A DNA stretch of 63,563 nucleotides, the filler included, from Octopus bimaculoides (taxonomy: Eukaryota): assembly GCF_001194135.2 (NCBI RefSeq). It is 4 parts of 4 records of this genome, joined end to end, with 100 filler letters (N's around TTAATTAATTAA, not from the genome) between each part and the next. Parts side by side here need not be neighbours in the genome. Positions count along the whole stretch, not along the records: positions 1 to 25,413 come from NC_068983.1; 3 more parts are not named here. One strand, given 5' to 3'. A program made the position numbers and the translations under genes. Below the pieces are notes generated by a model. The model saw nothing but the letters and a program-made list of their open reading frames with translations, was not told the origin of the DNA and made no database searches. This document shows, one piece after another, positions 1 through 13,102 of this stretch. The number at the start of each line of letters is the position of its first letter. Position 1 is the first letter of the stretch.

Positions 1-149
1 ACGTCATAAAGGTACCCTTTATGGCGAGAAACCGAGGGTAACCCTCTAAATCGGCCTTCACCAGTATTAAATGTAGACTGTTCTAATTCTTAGCGTGTGC
101 TACTTCGCCAGATTTTTGCTTTTCTAAAAAAAAGCCACATATACACACA

Positions 150-193
<44 letters not shown>

Positions 194-834
194 CAATGGG
201 CACTGATTAGTTCGGTGATATGATATGGATAGATGGCACTTGCCTAAAATGCTGCGCTGTTGAGCTGAACCCCAAATCACCTGACTGCCAAGCAAACTCA
301 ACCGTACAACTAATACATATATTTTTTATTCATTTTACCCACTGAACTGAAGAATTTGGTTAGATCAGGGGTCGGGCAACTTTTTAAACCAATTTTTTTC
401 TGAAATATATTTATTTACGCTGACTTTACCCCCTTGATTCGAATGGAAGAAAATCATAGATAACAAGGAACACGTTTTTTTAATATAATTTTACTTATGT
501 CTAATGAGTCCTCAGTAGCGCCAAGCATTTAATTTTCACGCCATTTTGGGTAATTTACCCCGGTTCGCCGGCATATGAGTTAGACAAATGGACTCCAGGT
601 AATTATTTCTCTTTTGCAAGCTGACACATGTTCTGTCGGGCTCGTTTGCCGAACTGCTAAACTGTGAAGCAGTAGTGTGACACAAGCACAAGGACACACA
701 CACACACATACACACACATATTTTTACGACGGATGTATGAATCTATACAGAGAGAGAGGTGGGGAGAAATAAAGGCCAAGGTAGAAGTTTCTGAGAGGAC
801 CTAGAGAAAAAGAAAAACGATATTAGATATTGAG

Positions 835-874
<40 letters not shown>

Positions 875-1515
875 GGATGAAAGCTGAATAAAAGAATACA
901 AAGAGAGGGAAAGACAGAGTCACATAGGAGCGGCAAGTTAGGACGGTAGTCAACAAAGGAGAGAAAGAGTGTGTGAGAGAGAGAGAGAGAGAAAAAGAAA
1001 TAAAGAAAAGTAAATAGAAAAAGAGAGGCGGAAAAGGGTGTGTGCTAGAAAGAGAGGAAAAGACAAGGGGGAAAGTGTGAGAGATTTCAGTGAGGAAAAC
1101 AGGCAGATAGGTGCGGCAATTTAGAAAGAGTAGGCGGCAGGAGAGATCGTGTGAGAGAAAGAGAGAAATAAAAAGAGAAAGAGAAGAGGAGATGAATGCG
1201 TATCTAGTAAGCGCGCTACGGTTATAGACAGCACGAAAATCTCCGAAGGCTATTCCCTCTACTTGCTAAACAAAATTAGGACAGTAGAAACAAATGCGTG
1301 TGTGTGTGTGTGTGTAGATGTAAAGGAAAAACTAAAAGGAGTATAATAGAAATTACAGCTTGTATTAACAGCAATAGCAAATATAAATATAATAAACCAG
1401 ATATTTAGATTACAATAGCCACAAAAGCAGTAAGACCAACAGCATACATCAAAACTCAGGTATCATCGAACACGCAAAGTTCATCAGCTTTCAGGTGACT
1501 TGATAGCCTTAACCT

Positions 1516-1549
1516 ACTACTACTACTACTTACTACTACTGTTACTACT

Positions 1550-1596
<47 letters not shown>

Positions 1597-1605
1597 TTAC
1601 TACTC
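1516..1605. repeat. (TAC)n microsatellite
   Basis: Direct reading. Confidence 0.95.
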
Positions 1606-1744
1606 ACTGGTCTGTTTCAGTCAATTAAATATTTCAAAATTGTTCTACTTTACTACTTAACACACACACACGCACGCGCGCGCGCNNNNNNNNNNNNNNN
1701 NNNNNNNNNNNNNNNNNNNNNNNNNNNNNNNNNNNNNNNNNNNN

Positions 1745-1811
<67 letters not shown>

Positions 1812-1884
1812 ACAACCAATGGATGTAAACAACTTTTCAAATAAACATGTTTATGGACATGCAATCTATGTGTATGTATGTACG

Positions 1885-2350
1885 TATGTCATTATTCAAT
1901 TTTATTCCAAGATTTCTTGCCAATAAAGAACCGGTTTCTAACCTAGATCCAAGGTTCCTTCATTGGAATTTCAACAATAACAACAACGACAACAGGGTAA
2001 TTTTGTATGTATGTATGTATGTATGCATGCATGTATGTATGTCTGTCTATGTATGTATGTCTATACTCTTTTACTTGTTTCAGTCATTTGACTGTGGCCA
2101 TGTTGGAACACCGCCTTTAGTCGAGCAAATCGACCCCAGGACTTATTCTTTGTACGTCTAGTACTTATTCTTTGTACCATTTGGTTGGGGTACAAACTTC
2201 TTGATACACAGCCACGCCTGCACCTATATGTATGTCATTATTCGGTTTATTTCAAGATTTCTTGCCAATAGAGAAAGAACCGGTTTCTAACCAAGATCCA
2301 AGTTTCCTTCATTGGAATTTCAACATCAGTAGGGTATTTTTGTACGTATG
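1885..2350. repeat. Two copies of a ~110-bp hairpin-containing repeat unit (about 1885-2005 and 2230-2345) bounded by (TATG)n; partial third copy near 5016-5045
   Basis: TGTCATTATTC..TTTATT.CAAGATTTCTTGCCAATA..GAACCGGTTTCTAACC.AGATCCAAG.TTCCTTCATTGGAATTTCAACA is present twice. Confidence 0.75.
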
Positions 2351-2530
2351 TATGTATTATAATTCTATATATATATCATATATATTTTCCAATTATTATT
2401 GGATTGTCATATACAAAATGATATGGTATAACATACATATATGATACGATATACATATATATATGTGTCTGTACGTAGTATACGTATATGTTCATGTGTG
2501 CGGGTATCAATTTATCTAGCAATTAATCAG

Positions 2531-2576
<46 letters not shown>

Positions 2577-3976
2577 CCTCCTACTCTCTCTCTCTGTCTC
2601 TCTGTACACACACACACACACATACATGCATATATATATGCCTGTCAAATCCACTCGCAAGGCATTGGTCGACCCGAGGCTATAGTGGAAGATACTTGCT
2701 CAAGGTGCCACGCAGTGGGACTGAATCCGGTATCATGTTGTTGGGAAGTAAACTTTTTACCACACAGTCACGCCAAATGCGTGTATATATNNNNNNNNNN
2801 NNNNNNNNNNNNNNNNNNNNNNNNNNNNNNNNNNNNNNNNNNNNNNNNNNNNNNNNNNNNNNNNNNNNNNNNNNNNNNNNNNNNNNNNNNNNNNNNNNNN
2901 NNNNNNNNNNNNNNNNNNNNNNNNNNNNNNNNNNNNNNNNNNNNNNNNNNNNNNNNNNNNNNNNNNNNNNNNNNNNNNNNNNNNNNNNNNNNNNNNNNNN
3001 NNNNNNNNNNNNNNNNNNNNNNNNNNNNNNNNNNNNNNNNNNNNNNNNNNNNNNNNNNNNNNNNNNNNNNNNNNNNNNNNNNNNNNNNNNNNNNNNNNNN
3101 NNNNNNNNNNNNNNNNNNNNNNNNNNNNNNNNNNNNNNNNNNNNNNNNNNNNNNNNNNNNNNNNNNNNNNNNNNNNNNNNNNNNNNNNNNNNNNNNNNNN
3201 NNNNNNNNNNNNNNNNNNNNNNNNNNNNNNNNNNNNNNNNNNNNNNNNNNNNNNNNNNNNNNNNNNNNNNNNNNNNNNNNNNNNNNNNNNNNNNNNNNNN
3301 NNNNNNNNNNNNNNNNNNNNNNNNNNNNNNNNNNNNNNNNNNNNNNNNNNNNNNNNNNNNNNNNNNNNNNNNNNNNNNNNNNNNNNNNNNNNNNNNNNNN
3401 NNNNNNNNNNNNNNNNNNNNNNNNNNNNNNNNNNNNNNNNNNNNNNNNNNNNNNNNNNNNNNNNNNNNNNNNNNNNNNNNNNNNNNNNNNNNNNNNNNNN
3501 NNNNNNNNNNNNNNNNNNNNNNNNNNNNNNNNNNNNNNNNNNNNNNNNNNNNNNNNNNNNNNNNNNNNNNNNNNNNNNNNNNNNNNNNNNNNNNNNNNNN
3601 NNNNNNNNNNNNNNNNNNNNNNNNNNNNNNNNNNNNNNNNNNNNNNNNNNNNNNNNNNNNNNNNNNNNNNNNNNNNNNNNNNNNNNNNNNNNNNNNNNNN
3701 NNNNNNNNNNNNNNNNNNNNNNNNNNNNNNNNNTATATATATATATATATGCGACGGTGTGCTGAAAAGCTCCTGGCTTTGGGTAAAAGAAAATACAGGA
3801 GGATCAGTTAATTATGATTTTATTCAACATATTCTCCTTTCAGATCCACACACTTGTAGTAATCTTTCAGTTTTCCTAGCCTCTGTAAAAGAACTCGAAA
3901 GGCTGGACCTCCAAGCAGGCCTATCGCGAGACCCTTGAAACCAGGAACTTTTCAGCACCCCCCATCGTGATTATAG

Positions 3977-4028
<52 letters not shown>

Positions 4029-4573
4029 ATATCTATCCATTTGTGTATCTATCTATCTATACGTTTGCGTATGTTACTCAAATGAATTCGACTAGCCATT
4101 CTGAATTATTTCATTCACTTCGTTTAAATTCTGTGAACTACCTTGGCCACAAATGTGCTCACCCTGCCCCATACCTTTATATTTATAACTGTAAGCCCCT
4201 AAACTACTGGAGATTAGGTAGAACAATTGTCGTGTTGATGACGGTTATCAAACCAGAAACACATGAACATGTCTGTCCTCTTGTCTTCAGACAGCATGTC
4301 CGCACATTTCATTACTGGCATCTTAACTTTGGGAAAGTACTCGACTCCCGCAATTATGTTTCCCTCTCAAGTGGAGCGGGGTCTTAATTGCCATTTGGTG
4401 ATTGTGATAATCTTCTAGGGGTGGGTGATAATTTTTAATAAATCAAGAATTTATGCTGTATGATATTTGATATACTTGTATTTGTCTATGTTGTTTAATT
4501 ACATGCCACTGGCCACTTTATTTCTTTAATTCATTATTGTTTAAATTACACACATGTGCGCGCGCGCACGCAC

Positions 4574-4602
<29 letters not shown>

Positions 4603-4605
<3 letters not shown>

Positions 4606-4893
4606 GACGGGTTTCTTTCAGTTTCCGCCTATAAAATCCTCTGCAAAGGCTTTGGTCGACCAGAGGTTATAGTAGAAGACTCTTGTCATGCAGATGCCGC
4701 ACAGTTGCCATGCAGTTGTCACGCTGTTGCCACGCACTTGCCACGCAGCTGCTACGCAAGTGCCTCGCAGGTGCCACGCAAGTGCTACGCATGTGCCACT
4801 CAGGTGTCACGCAGTTGTCACGCAGTGCGACTGAACCCGGTCCATTTGGTCGGGAAGCAAACTTCTTACCACACAGCCACGCCACGCCTGCGC
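4603..4893 (-). mobile_element. SINE family A, 5' half carrying an internal 11-bp tandem expansion
   Basis: Family A core and head flank 13 tandem 11-mers at 4683-4825. Confidence 0.85.
4683..4825. repeat. Minisatellite, 13 x 11 bp (consensus (G/T)TGCCACGCAG)
   Basis: Units read directly: TTGTCATGCAG ATGCCGCACAG TTGCCATGCAG TTGTCACGCTG TTGCCACGCAC TTGCCACGCAG CTGCTACGCAA GTGCCTCGCAG GTGCCACGCAA GTGCTACGCAT GTGCCACTCAG GTGTCACGCAG TTGTCACGCAG. Confidence 0.92.
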
Positions 4894-5570
4894 ATGTATG
4901 TATGTATGTATGTATNNNNNNNNNNNNNNNNNNNNNNNNNNNNNNNNNNNNNNNNNNNNNNNNNNNNNNNNNNNNNNNNNNNNNNNNNNNNNNNNNNNNN
5001 NNNNNNNNNNNNNNNTTCAACATCAGCAACAGGGTATTTTTGTCTGTCTGTCTGTCTGTATGTATGTATGTATGTATATTGTTTTCAAATTTTGGTACAG
5101 GGTCAGCAGTTTCGTAAGAGGGGGTATTTATTCTACCGACCCCGAAAGGATGAAAGGCATAGTCGACCTCGGCAGAATTTGAACTCAGAACGTGAAGACG
5201 GACGAAATGCCGCTAAAGCATGGCGCAATAATGATTCTGCCAGCTCGCCTTTTTTTATACATACATACATACATACATACATACATACATACACGAGAAT
5301 GGTTGACTACTTGCTAAACGATCATGGTCATCACTGACAAATGTTAAGTGTCAACAATGCCCCGTGAAAGGGGTTTTAATCAGTGGTAGTATTTGTTGGA
5401 ATATTGGTATTTTGTTGTTCGGGACGCCAGGAGGGAGTTGAGTTCCATCTTTAACGTACCTAATATATACAACACAAACGATTTAAAAACAATTTCCCTT
5501 TGACGAAAAGCTGCCGCTTTGTAGAGTTTAACAACTCACATACTTTAAGTATGTGATAATAACGTTTACA

Positions 5571-5806
5571 TTATTTATCTCTTCATTGCCCACAAGGGGC
5601 TAAACATAGAGGGGACAAACAAGGACAGACAAACGGATTAAGTCGATTACATCGACCCCACTGCGTAACTGGTACTTATTTAATCGACCCCGAAAGGATG
5701 AAAGGCAAAGTCGACCTCGGCGGAATTTGAACTCGGAACGTAACGGCAGACGAAATGCCGCCAAGCTTTTCGCCCGGCGTGCTAACGATTCTGCCAGCTC
5801 GCCGCC
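5571..5806 (-). mobile_element. SINE family B (GGCGGCGAGCTGGCAGAA head; CCTTTCATCCTTTCGGGGTCGATAAA central domain), tail type 1
   Basis: Reverse-strand head with a GAGTTCAAATTCC B-box-like motif, a conserved central domain and the tail GTCCCCTCT..AGCCCCTTGTGGGCAAT. At least 12 copies are in the window. Confidence 0.87.
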
Positions 5807-5877
5807 CTTAATGTTTACATTATTGAGCTACTTCAAACACATTTNNNNNNNNNNNNNNNNNNNNNNNNNNNNNNNNN

Positions 5878-5920
<43 letters not shown>

Positions 5921-6371
5921 CATAAGTCAGGACCTAGCACGAGCAGGAGCCAACGGAATCGAATGTTGTCTTGTTATGTATGTGTGAGCTAATTTTAATG
6001 AGGCTTCAAGTTTCCAATTCCGCCAGGTTACCGACCACGTATGTTAATTTCCTGGGTTGTTTTCTCTCCAACATTTACCGTTCTCACCTCTCACATGGCT
6101 CTACAGAATTTATTTTCAAGGTCATGCAGAACACCAATCCTTCAACACGTTTAACTCAAACCTAATTTCATATGACTGTTCTAATTATAAATTATATTTC
6201 TCTCTGTGAATTTCCGTGTTATTCACACCTGTATGTTACAAAATTTCGGCAAGAAACACGTGCTATTTAACCACATTGACTTATCACACCACTTTAACAA
6301 GAAGATGCTCACTTACTAGTGGTACGTAGAATATTAAAAATAGAATTTTGTTGTTGTCTGTCACTCCTGTA

Positions 6372-7027
6372 CAGGCATACCTCGGCTTAAGTCGTTTTGA
6401 TTTAAGAACTTCTCGATTATACGTCAGTCTTCAAAAATAATATATGGAAGGATAGAAATCAAGTTGAGTCATTTCACTCGACTTTACGTCTGTCCGGCAC
6501 AAATACCAGAATCGTAAAATCACAAGAAAACCGTTAAAAGCACATCAAATCATGTTACTGTATAATAAATAAGAACGAAAGCATATAAAATCATATTAAA
6601 ATACGTACAGTAAATGTTGAGATTCGCACCATAACGTAGTGTAGCTTAGTGAACGAAATCAGGAAATTACGAAATCACCAGATTGCATGTACGTATTGGT
6701 AAATTTAAAATAATTTAGTTTTTTTTTCTTACTATTGCAAAATAATAATAATTATTGATTTTGTTTTTTTTTTCTTACTATTGCAAAATAATAATAATTA
6801 TTGATTTTGTTTTTTAAGCTTAAAATAGGTTCTTATTAACCATGTATTATTAACAATGCATTCATAAATAAAGTACAGGACTGGGAATGGTTATTAGCGG
6901 TTTAGCCTAGAGACAAGTAGATTCGGCCTAGCCAAGCCTAGAGACAAAGTTAATTCGACTTAAATCGTTTTTCGACTTAACTCGTGTCTCCTGGAACCAA
7001 TTAACGACGTAGGGTGAGGTATGTTTG
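6372..7027. mobile_element. Non-autonomous Tigger/pogo-like MITE (~656 bp)
   Basis: The left end TA|CAGGCATACCTCGGCTTAAGTCGTT and right end AACGACGTAGGGTGAGGTATGTTTG|TA are imperfect inverted repeats flanked by TA. CAGGCATACCTC is a recalled Tigger terminus. There is no ORF. An internal ~47-bp tandem duplication lies near 6718-6812. Confidence 0.75.
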
Positions 7028-8839
7028 TATTTTGCTTCAGACTCGTCCTGTACCATCCACCACAAAGCCACTGACTCTAACTCCCTTCACCACTATTCCT
7101 CCTCTCATCTCAGACACATCAAATCTTCTATCCATTTCTTTGGATTTCTTCGACTTTGCCGGTTATGCAGCTTTCATTCGGATTTCAATTCCGAAATGCG
7201 GTAAACTTTTCATCAGTTGACAGTACTATCAATCAGTTGTGAGCCCAAAACGCCACTGAGGTGCAGGCTATCAGATACAGCACCGCTTTTCTATTGCTGG
7301 ATGTTGTCCAATGATACTAGTTAATCGTTCGTAGACGTTGGGATGCAGTGCAAAGCTGGAAGAAAATGGCACCCTCGGCCTTCCACGTGTCGAAGTAACA
7401 CCACTGGCTCATGTACTGAAGCAAAGAATTACAGATGTTTATTTTGTTTTATAAATAATTTTATTTTATGTCGGGATATTTACACACAAAATGTTGGTGT
7501 TGTTAAAAGCAGAAAACATCAGAGTAACTTAGTGTATTGAATGTGCACGCACGCAAAATACAGTGCATGGATCAAACATGTTATGGATCAAACATGGCGT
7601 ATCATGAAAAATGCTAGTCGCAGGTAACTGTTCTATTGTTGTAGTGGCAACAAAACAATAGTTATATAATTAGAAGCGCCCTCAGATGGACTAAATCAAT
7701 TGTTCCAAAATTGCTGAGAACAAATTATAGTTTAAGGGTGACAATCCGAATTTGCCCCATGATCCCAATCAAGGGATATCACCCATCTTAAGTTACGATT
7801 TTTTTTTCGTCATTGCTACACCATCATATAAATGCACAATTACAGACTGGATCACACTTTCCGTCACCTACCAGCCGACATTTACCCCTAAACAACTTCC
7901 TATTTCTACTCTCTAACTGTATAACAGTTCCGATGTATCCCACATCAATTCTCACATAAGAACCTTCGCATCATTTACTCAGAAACTCCCGATTTCCCAG
8001 CTAAATCCAACGAGATAGTTTAAGGTTAGCTCACTGTATATGCCCTTACACCACAACAATCATCCACCTTAAAATACACAATACCAAATTGCCCAAAATT
8101 TCATCTGCACGTCCCACATATACCTGTAATGAGCAACAGACCGATACCTAGCTAATCGCAAGTACCTTCACAGCGTTGTCCAATACAGTCTTTATCCCAG
8201 CATCTGCATTAATCATTCCCTTAAGTACTTCTCTATGTTTGGCTTTTGTACCCTTCTGGGTGTATAGTTCTACTAGAAATAAAAAAAGGTTTCAAATTTT
8301 GGCACACGGTAAACAGTTTGGGGAGTGAGGGGAGGGGGAAGTCGATTACATCGGCCCCAGTAGTTGACGGTTACATATTTTATCGACTTCAAAAGGATAA
8401 AAGGCACAGTCAACCCCTGGCGGAATTTGAGCTCAGGACGTAGAAATAGACTTTTTATGTAACAACATCTATCTCATAGATGCTCTCCACCTAATTAGGA
8501 TGATCTGGAAACAAACCGTAGTAAGATAGCTGATGTCGCTAAAGATCCAGTGAATGTGTGTGTGTGTGTGTAAAAATATGTGACACTTATTCGGTAGCCA
8601 TGATAAAAAAAACTCGGAGTTTTATCATGGCTACCGAATAAGTGTGACATATTTTCTTCAGATAAATTCCTCTATTTACATAATATCGAGGTCTCTTTCT
8701 TTCTTTTGTTGNNNNNNNNNNNNNNNNNNNNNNNNNNNNNNNNNNNNNNNNNNNNNNNNNNNNNNNNNNNNNNNNNNNNNNNNNNNNNNNNNNNNNNNNN
8801 NNNNNNNNNNNNNNNNNNNNNNNNNNNNNNNNNNNNNNN

Positions 8840-8877
<38 letters not shown>

Positions 8878-8879
<2 letters not shown>

Positions 8880-9252
8880 AGGCGCAATGGCCCAATGATT
8901 AGGGCAGCGAATTCGCGGTCGCAGGATCGCTATTTCGATTCCCAGACCGGGCATTGAGAGTATTTATTGAGCGAAAACACCTGAAGTTCCACGCGGCTCT
9001 AGCAGGGGATGGTGGCGAACCCTGCTGTACTCTTTCACCTCTGTACTCTTTCTCACTCTTTCATCTCTGTACTCTTTCTCACTCTTTCTTCCTGTTTCTG
9101 TTGTACCTGTATTTCAAATGACCAGCCTTGTCACACTCTGTGTCACGCTGAATCTCCCCGAGAACTACGTTAAGGGTACACGTGTCTGTGGAGTGCTCAG
9201 CCACTTGCACGTTAATTTCACGAGCAGGCTGTTTCGCTGATCGGATCAACTG
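8878..9252 (+). mobile_element. SINE family D (tRNA head GGAGGCGCAATGGCCC...TTCGATTCCC; tail GTCACACTCTGTGTCACGCTGAATCTCC...)
   Basis: A/B-box-like head. The tail is shared with 55780-56109 and with about 30953-31130 (-). There is an internal ~30-bp tandem duplication near 9030-9090. Confidence 0.8.
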
Positions 9253-9585
9253 NNNNNNNNNNNNNNNNNNNNNNNNNNNNNNNNNNNNNNNNNNNNNNNN
9301 NNNNNNNNNNNNNNNNNNNNNNNNNNNNNNNNNNNNNNNNNNNNNNNNNNNNNNNNNNNNNATATATATATATATATATATATGTATACATTATGTGTGC
9401 GTGTGCTTTATGTGTGTAAGTGCTATGTGTGTAAGTGCTATGTGTGTGTATGTGTGTGTGTGTGTAAGTGTGGTGTGTGTGTGTGTGTGTGTGTACATAA
9501 GTGAGCGCGTCTACATACACTCACACACACACATTCATAGAGACATATGGAAACTCAGATACCTACTTATAGAATGCACCATGTG

Positions 9586-9641
<56 letters not shown>

Positions 9642-9964
9642 TTTACTCTTCAGCTTTTACTTTGGTCACATATTGCTGACCTTTTTCTGCTCTCTACATT
9701 AACAATCTACTTGAAAATACTCATAATTTATTCAAAACCTACTCATAACTAAATACTGTCCTCTTCAGAATGGCACCCCGCACCCCCACACTTTATATGT
9801 ACATATGGTGCACACAAATGCACTCTCAGTCTATCTCTGCACACAGGTTAATGAAGCAACCACTGTGTGGTTGCTCGAATTCTTAAAAATAGCAGGCGTC
9901 GTAAGCTAATCCCCAAACAACAGTCTATAATATATTACCACATTAGAGGATATGTGCTATATGG

Positions 9965-10636
9965 CATCAAATTTTGCCAACAATTTGGCGAAACCTGCTC
10001 AGAGGCCTATCTAAAGCTTTCAAAAAGTTTTCATCATTCTCGACACAATCAAGGAGATCTTGTGCAACTGAAACTCCAGTGTCTTTTTTGGTCAGCTGGA
10101 AGCAGTTTTGGTACAAACTTGGCTGACATGCGTATCATACCCGAATCTTCAGTGATAATGAATTGAACTGAACCGTAACTAATCTGCATATTCTCTGATA
10201 ACTCATGGATGGTGCTTCGACGATTTCCCCTCACAGCTGCAAGCATATCTGCAATATTTTTCTCAGTTCTGCTGGTTGCAGGTCTCCCAGAACGTTCGTC
10301 AATATCCACATCTTTTCTGGCATCTGGGAAACGTCTGAACCACTCGTACACTTGTGTGCGGCTCATACACACCTCTTCATACTCTTTCTGCAACTTTACG
10401 CAGGCCTCTGAGCAAGTATCGCCACGACAACTTTCTCTGTTATAGTCAATGCGACGATCACATGCTATACACTTTCCTTCCAAGCACTGCTGTAAACAGC
10501 AGAAGTGAGCTAAAACGTTAAAACTTATGCGCATGCACAGCAGAGTTCAAGGTCAATCTTTGCTAAGCGGTTTCACTCTGTGTGCTTTAGCTCCGTTACT
10601 ATGGCAACAGTACGGATACTTATTGATCAGACCTAG
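9965..10636 (-). mobile_element. Non-autonomous mariner derivative, copy 1 (transposase N-terminal HTH remnant; left TIR lost)
   Basis: The minus-strand translation MSRTQVYEWFRRF...DERSGRPATSRTEKNI...ISYGSVQFIITEDSGMIRMSAKFVPKLL is a mariner DNA-binding domain. The right end reads GGATACTTATTGATCAGACCTAG|TA. A + strand IKFCQQFGETCSEAY arm lies at the left. Confidence 0.88.
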
Positions 10637-10687
10637 TATGTATGTATACAGAGAGAGTGTGAGTGACAGAGAGAATGAAACAGACAA

Positions 10688-10689
<2 letters not shown>

Positions 10690-10739
<50 letters not shown>

Positions 10740-10754
10740 AGAGATAGATAGATT

Positions 10755-10808
<54 letters not shown>

Positions 10809-10897
10809 CATNNNNNNNNNNNNNNNNNNNNNNNNNNNNNNNNNNNNNNNNNNNNNNNNNNNNNNNNNNNNNNNNNNNNNNNNNNNNNNNNNTATAT

Positions 10898-10940
<43 letters not shown>
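10690..10940. repeat. (GATA)n microsatellite spanning a gap
   Basis: Direct reading. Confidence 0.95.
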
Positions 10941-11703
10941 TCTGCTTTTGTGGAAGATGTGTTTTTTGGTAAGCAGAATCAACTTCTCATTGTTTCGTGG
11001 ATCCACTGAACCCCAGCTAAAGTCATACGTAATGTCTTCTAATACATACCGTCAGACCCTATTTATCTTTATTACTTACATAAACCCACATCATAAATGT
11101 CAATAAAATAAGTAAATTCAAAACTTTCGCAGACGGCTCGAAACTTCAGAAAGCAATCAACAGTGTAGGTAATGGGATATAGTTCCGAGGCGACCTACAT
11201 ATTGTAATTCGATGAGTGAAACATGACTAGATGTTGTCAAACGAAGAAAAAATTATGCTCATTTACTCTTGAAAAGAGAATGTGCTTAGCCTCAAGAGAA
11301 CTTGTCACGATGTTTTATAATGTCAGAGTCTAAAGAGAAATTGTGGGTCACCGACCTCCTAAACTAGTGAGGTCACATAAGCAATATAATATAGTCGACA
11401 TAGCTTGCAAAATGAACACTTAGGATCCTTAGAACTTTCGAGAGCAGTGAGCGAGATGTCGTCATCCTTCTGTATATTTGCAGTCTCACTTAGAGTGCTG
11501 GTAACATGTAACACAGTACAGCCTGTTTGAGTGGTGAGGAGAGTAATTTTTAGATACTCAGCGAAATGAAAAGCAAAGCCTGTCAGAGAGTCACAGGTTG
11601 GGTGAACCCAAGAGAGTCAACAAATATTTAATAATAAGTATAAATATTTCAACAACACGTTGTGCACCAATAATGAGTATGTATGCATGCATATATGCAT
11701 GTT

Positions 11704-11760
<57 letters not shown>

Positions 11761-11775
11761 GTATGTATATAGATA

Positions 11776-12211
11776 CGTGGTTTGGTCAATAAATATCCGA
11801 ACTGATGCTATAATAACGAAGCTAAAGCACACAGAATGAAACCGCTTGGCATAGATTGACCGTGAGCTCTGCTGTGCATGTACACTAAGTTTTAACGTGC
11901 TAGCTCATTTCTGCTATTTATAACAGTGCTAGGAAGGAAGGAAGGAAGGAAGGAAGGTGTGTAGCATGTGATCGTCGCATTGATCATGACAGAGAAAGTT
12001 GAGCAGAGAATCTGCATCAAATTTTGCCAAAAGGTTGGCGATACCTCTCAGGGGCCTAGGTAAAATTTTCTTGCTGCAACTTTGCGCAGGCCTTTGAGCA
12101 GGTGTCACTATGACAACTTTCTCCGTCATGTTCAATGTGACGATCACCCGATGCACATCTTCCTTCCAAGCACTGCTGTAAACATCAGAATTGAGCTAGA
12201 ACGTTAAAACT
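11776..12211. mobile_element. Non-autonomous mariner derivative, copy 2 (fold-back; runs into gap)
   Basis: It begins TA|CGTGGTTTGGTCAATAAATATCCG (TIR), continues into MTEKVEQRICIKFCQKVGDT on +, then switches near 12065 to the inverted copy of the same 5' region. Confidence 0.85.
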
Positions 12212-12884
12212 NNNNNNNNNNNNNNNNNNNNNNNNNNNNNNNNNNNNNNNNNNNNNNNNNNNNNNNNNNNNNNNNNNNNNNNNNNNNNNNNNNNNNNNNN
12301 NNNNNNNNNNNNNNNNNNNNNNNNNNNNNNNNNNNNNNNNNNNNNNNNNNNNNNNNNNNNNNNNNNNNNNNNNNNNNNNNNNNNNNNNNNNNNNNNNNNN
12401 NNNNNNNNNNNNNNNNNNNNNNNNNNNNNNNNNNNNNNNNNNNNNNNNNNNNNNNNNNNNNNNNNNNNNNNNNNNNNNNNNNNNNNNNNNNNNNNNNNNN
12501 NNNNNNNNNNNNNNNNNNNNNNNNNNNNNNNNNNNNNNNNNNNNNNNNNNNNNNNNNNNNNNNNNNNNNNNNNNNNNNNNNNNNNNNNNNNNNNNNNNNN
12601 NNNNNNNNNNNNNNNNNNNNNNNNNNNNNNNNNNNNNNNNNNNNNNNNNNNNNNNNNNNNNNNNNNNNNNNNNNNNNNNNNNNNNNNNNNNNNNNNNNNN
12701 NNNNNNNNNNNNNNNNNNNNNNNNNNNNNNNNNNNNNNNNNNNNNNNNNNNNNNNNNNNNNNNNNNNNNNNNNNNNNNNNNNNNNNNNNNNNNNNNNNNN
12801 NNNNNNNNNNNNNNNNNNNNNNNNNNNNNNNNNNNNNNNNNNNNNNNNNNNNNNNNNNNNNNNNNNNNNNNNNNNNNNNNNNNN

Positions 12885-12942
<58 letters not shown>

Positions 12943-13102
12943 TATTTTTATCAAATAACAAAGCATTCTGTTGTTCATATATATTTCAACCAAAAACTAT
13001 ACACATAACAATAACAATTTACAAATGCCTTCCTATCAACTGTATTTTGACAAACGTATATCAGACCTACTCAACATTGGAAACAGCGAGAAACAGGTTA
13101 TA

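Noticed and set aside
2441-3938. Long ORFs in the supplied track (also 12185-12993, 20627-21667, 25995-27207, 28195-28717, 33805-34494, 48372-49176)
   Set aside because: They are open only because they run through N gaps and dinucleotide microsatellites (YIYI, VCVC, THTH, LSIY).
4683-4825. Possible CRISPR-like array
   Set aside because: The 11-bp units are contiguous with no spacers, lie inside a SINE, and there are no cas genes in this eukaryotic context.
7090-7420. Possible RTE 3' remnant on the minus strand (NRQSRRNPKKWIEDL)
   Set aside because: A single weak motif, too decayed to call without an alignment.
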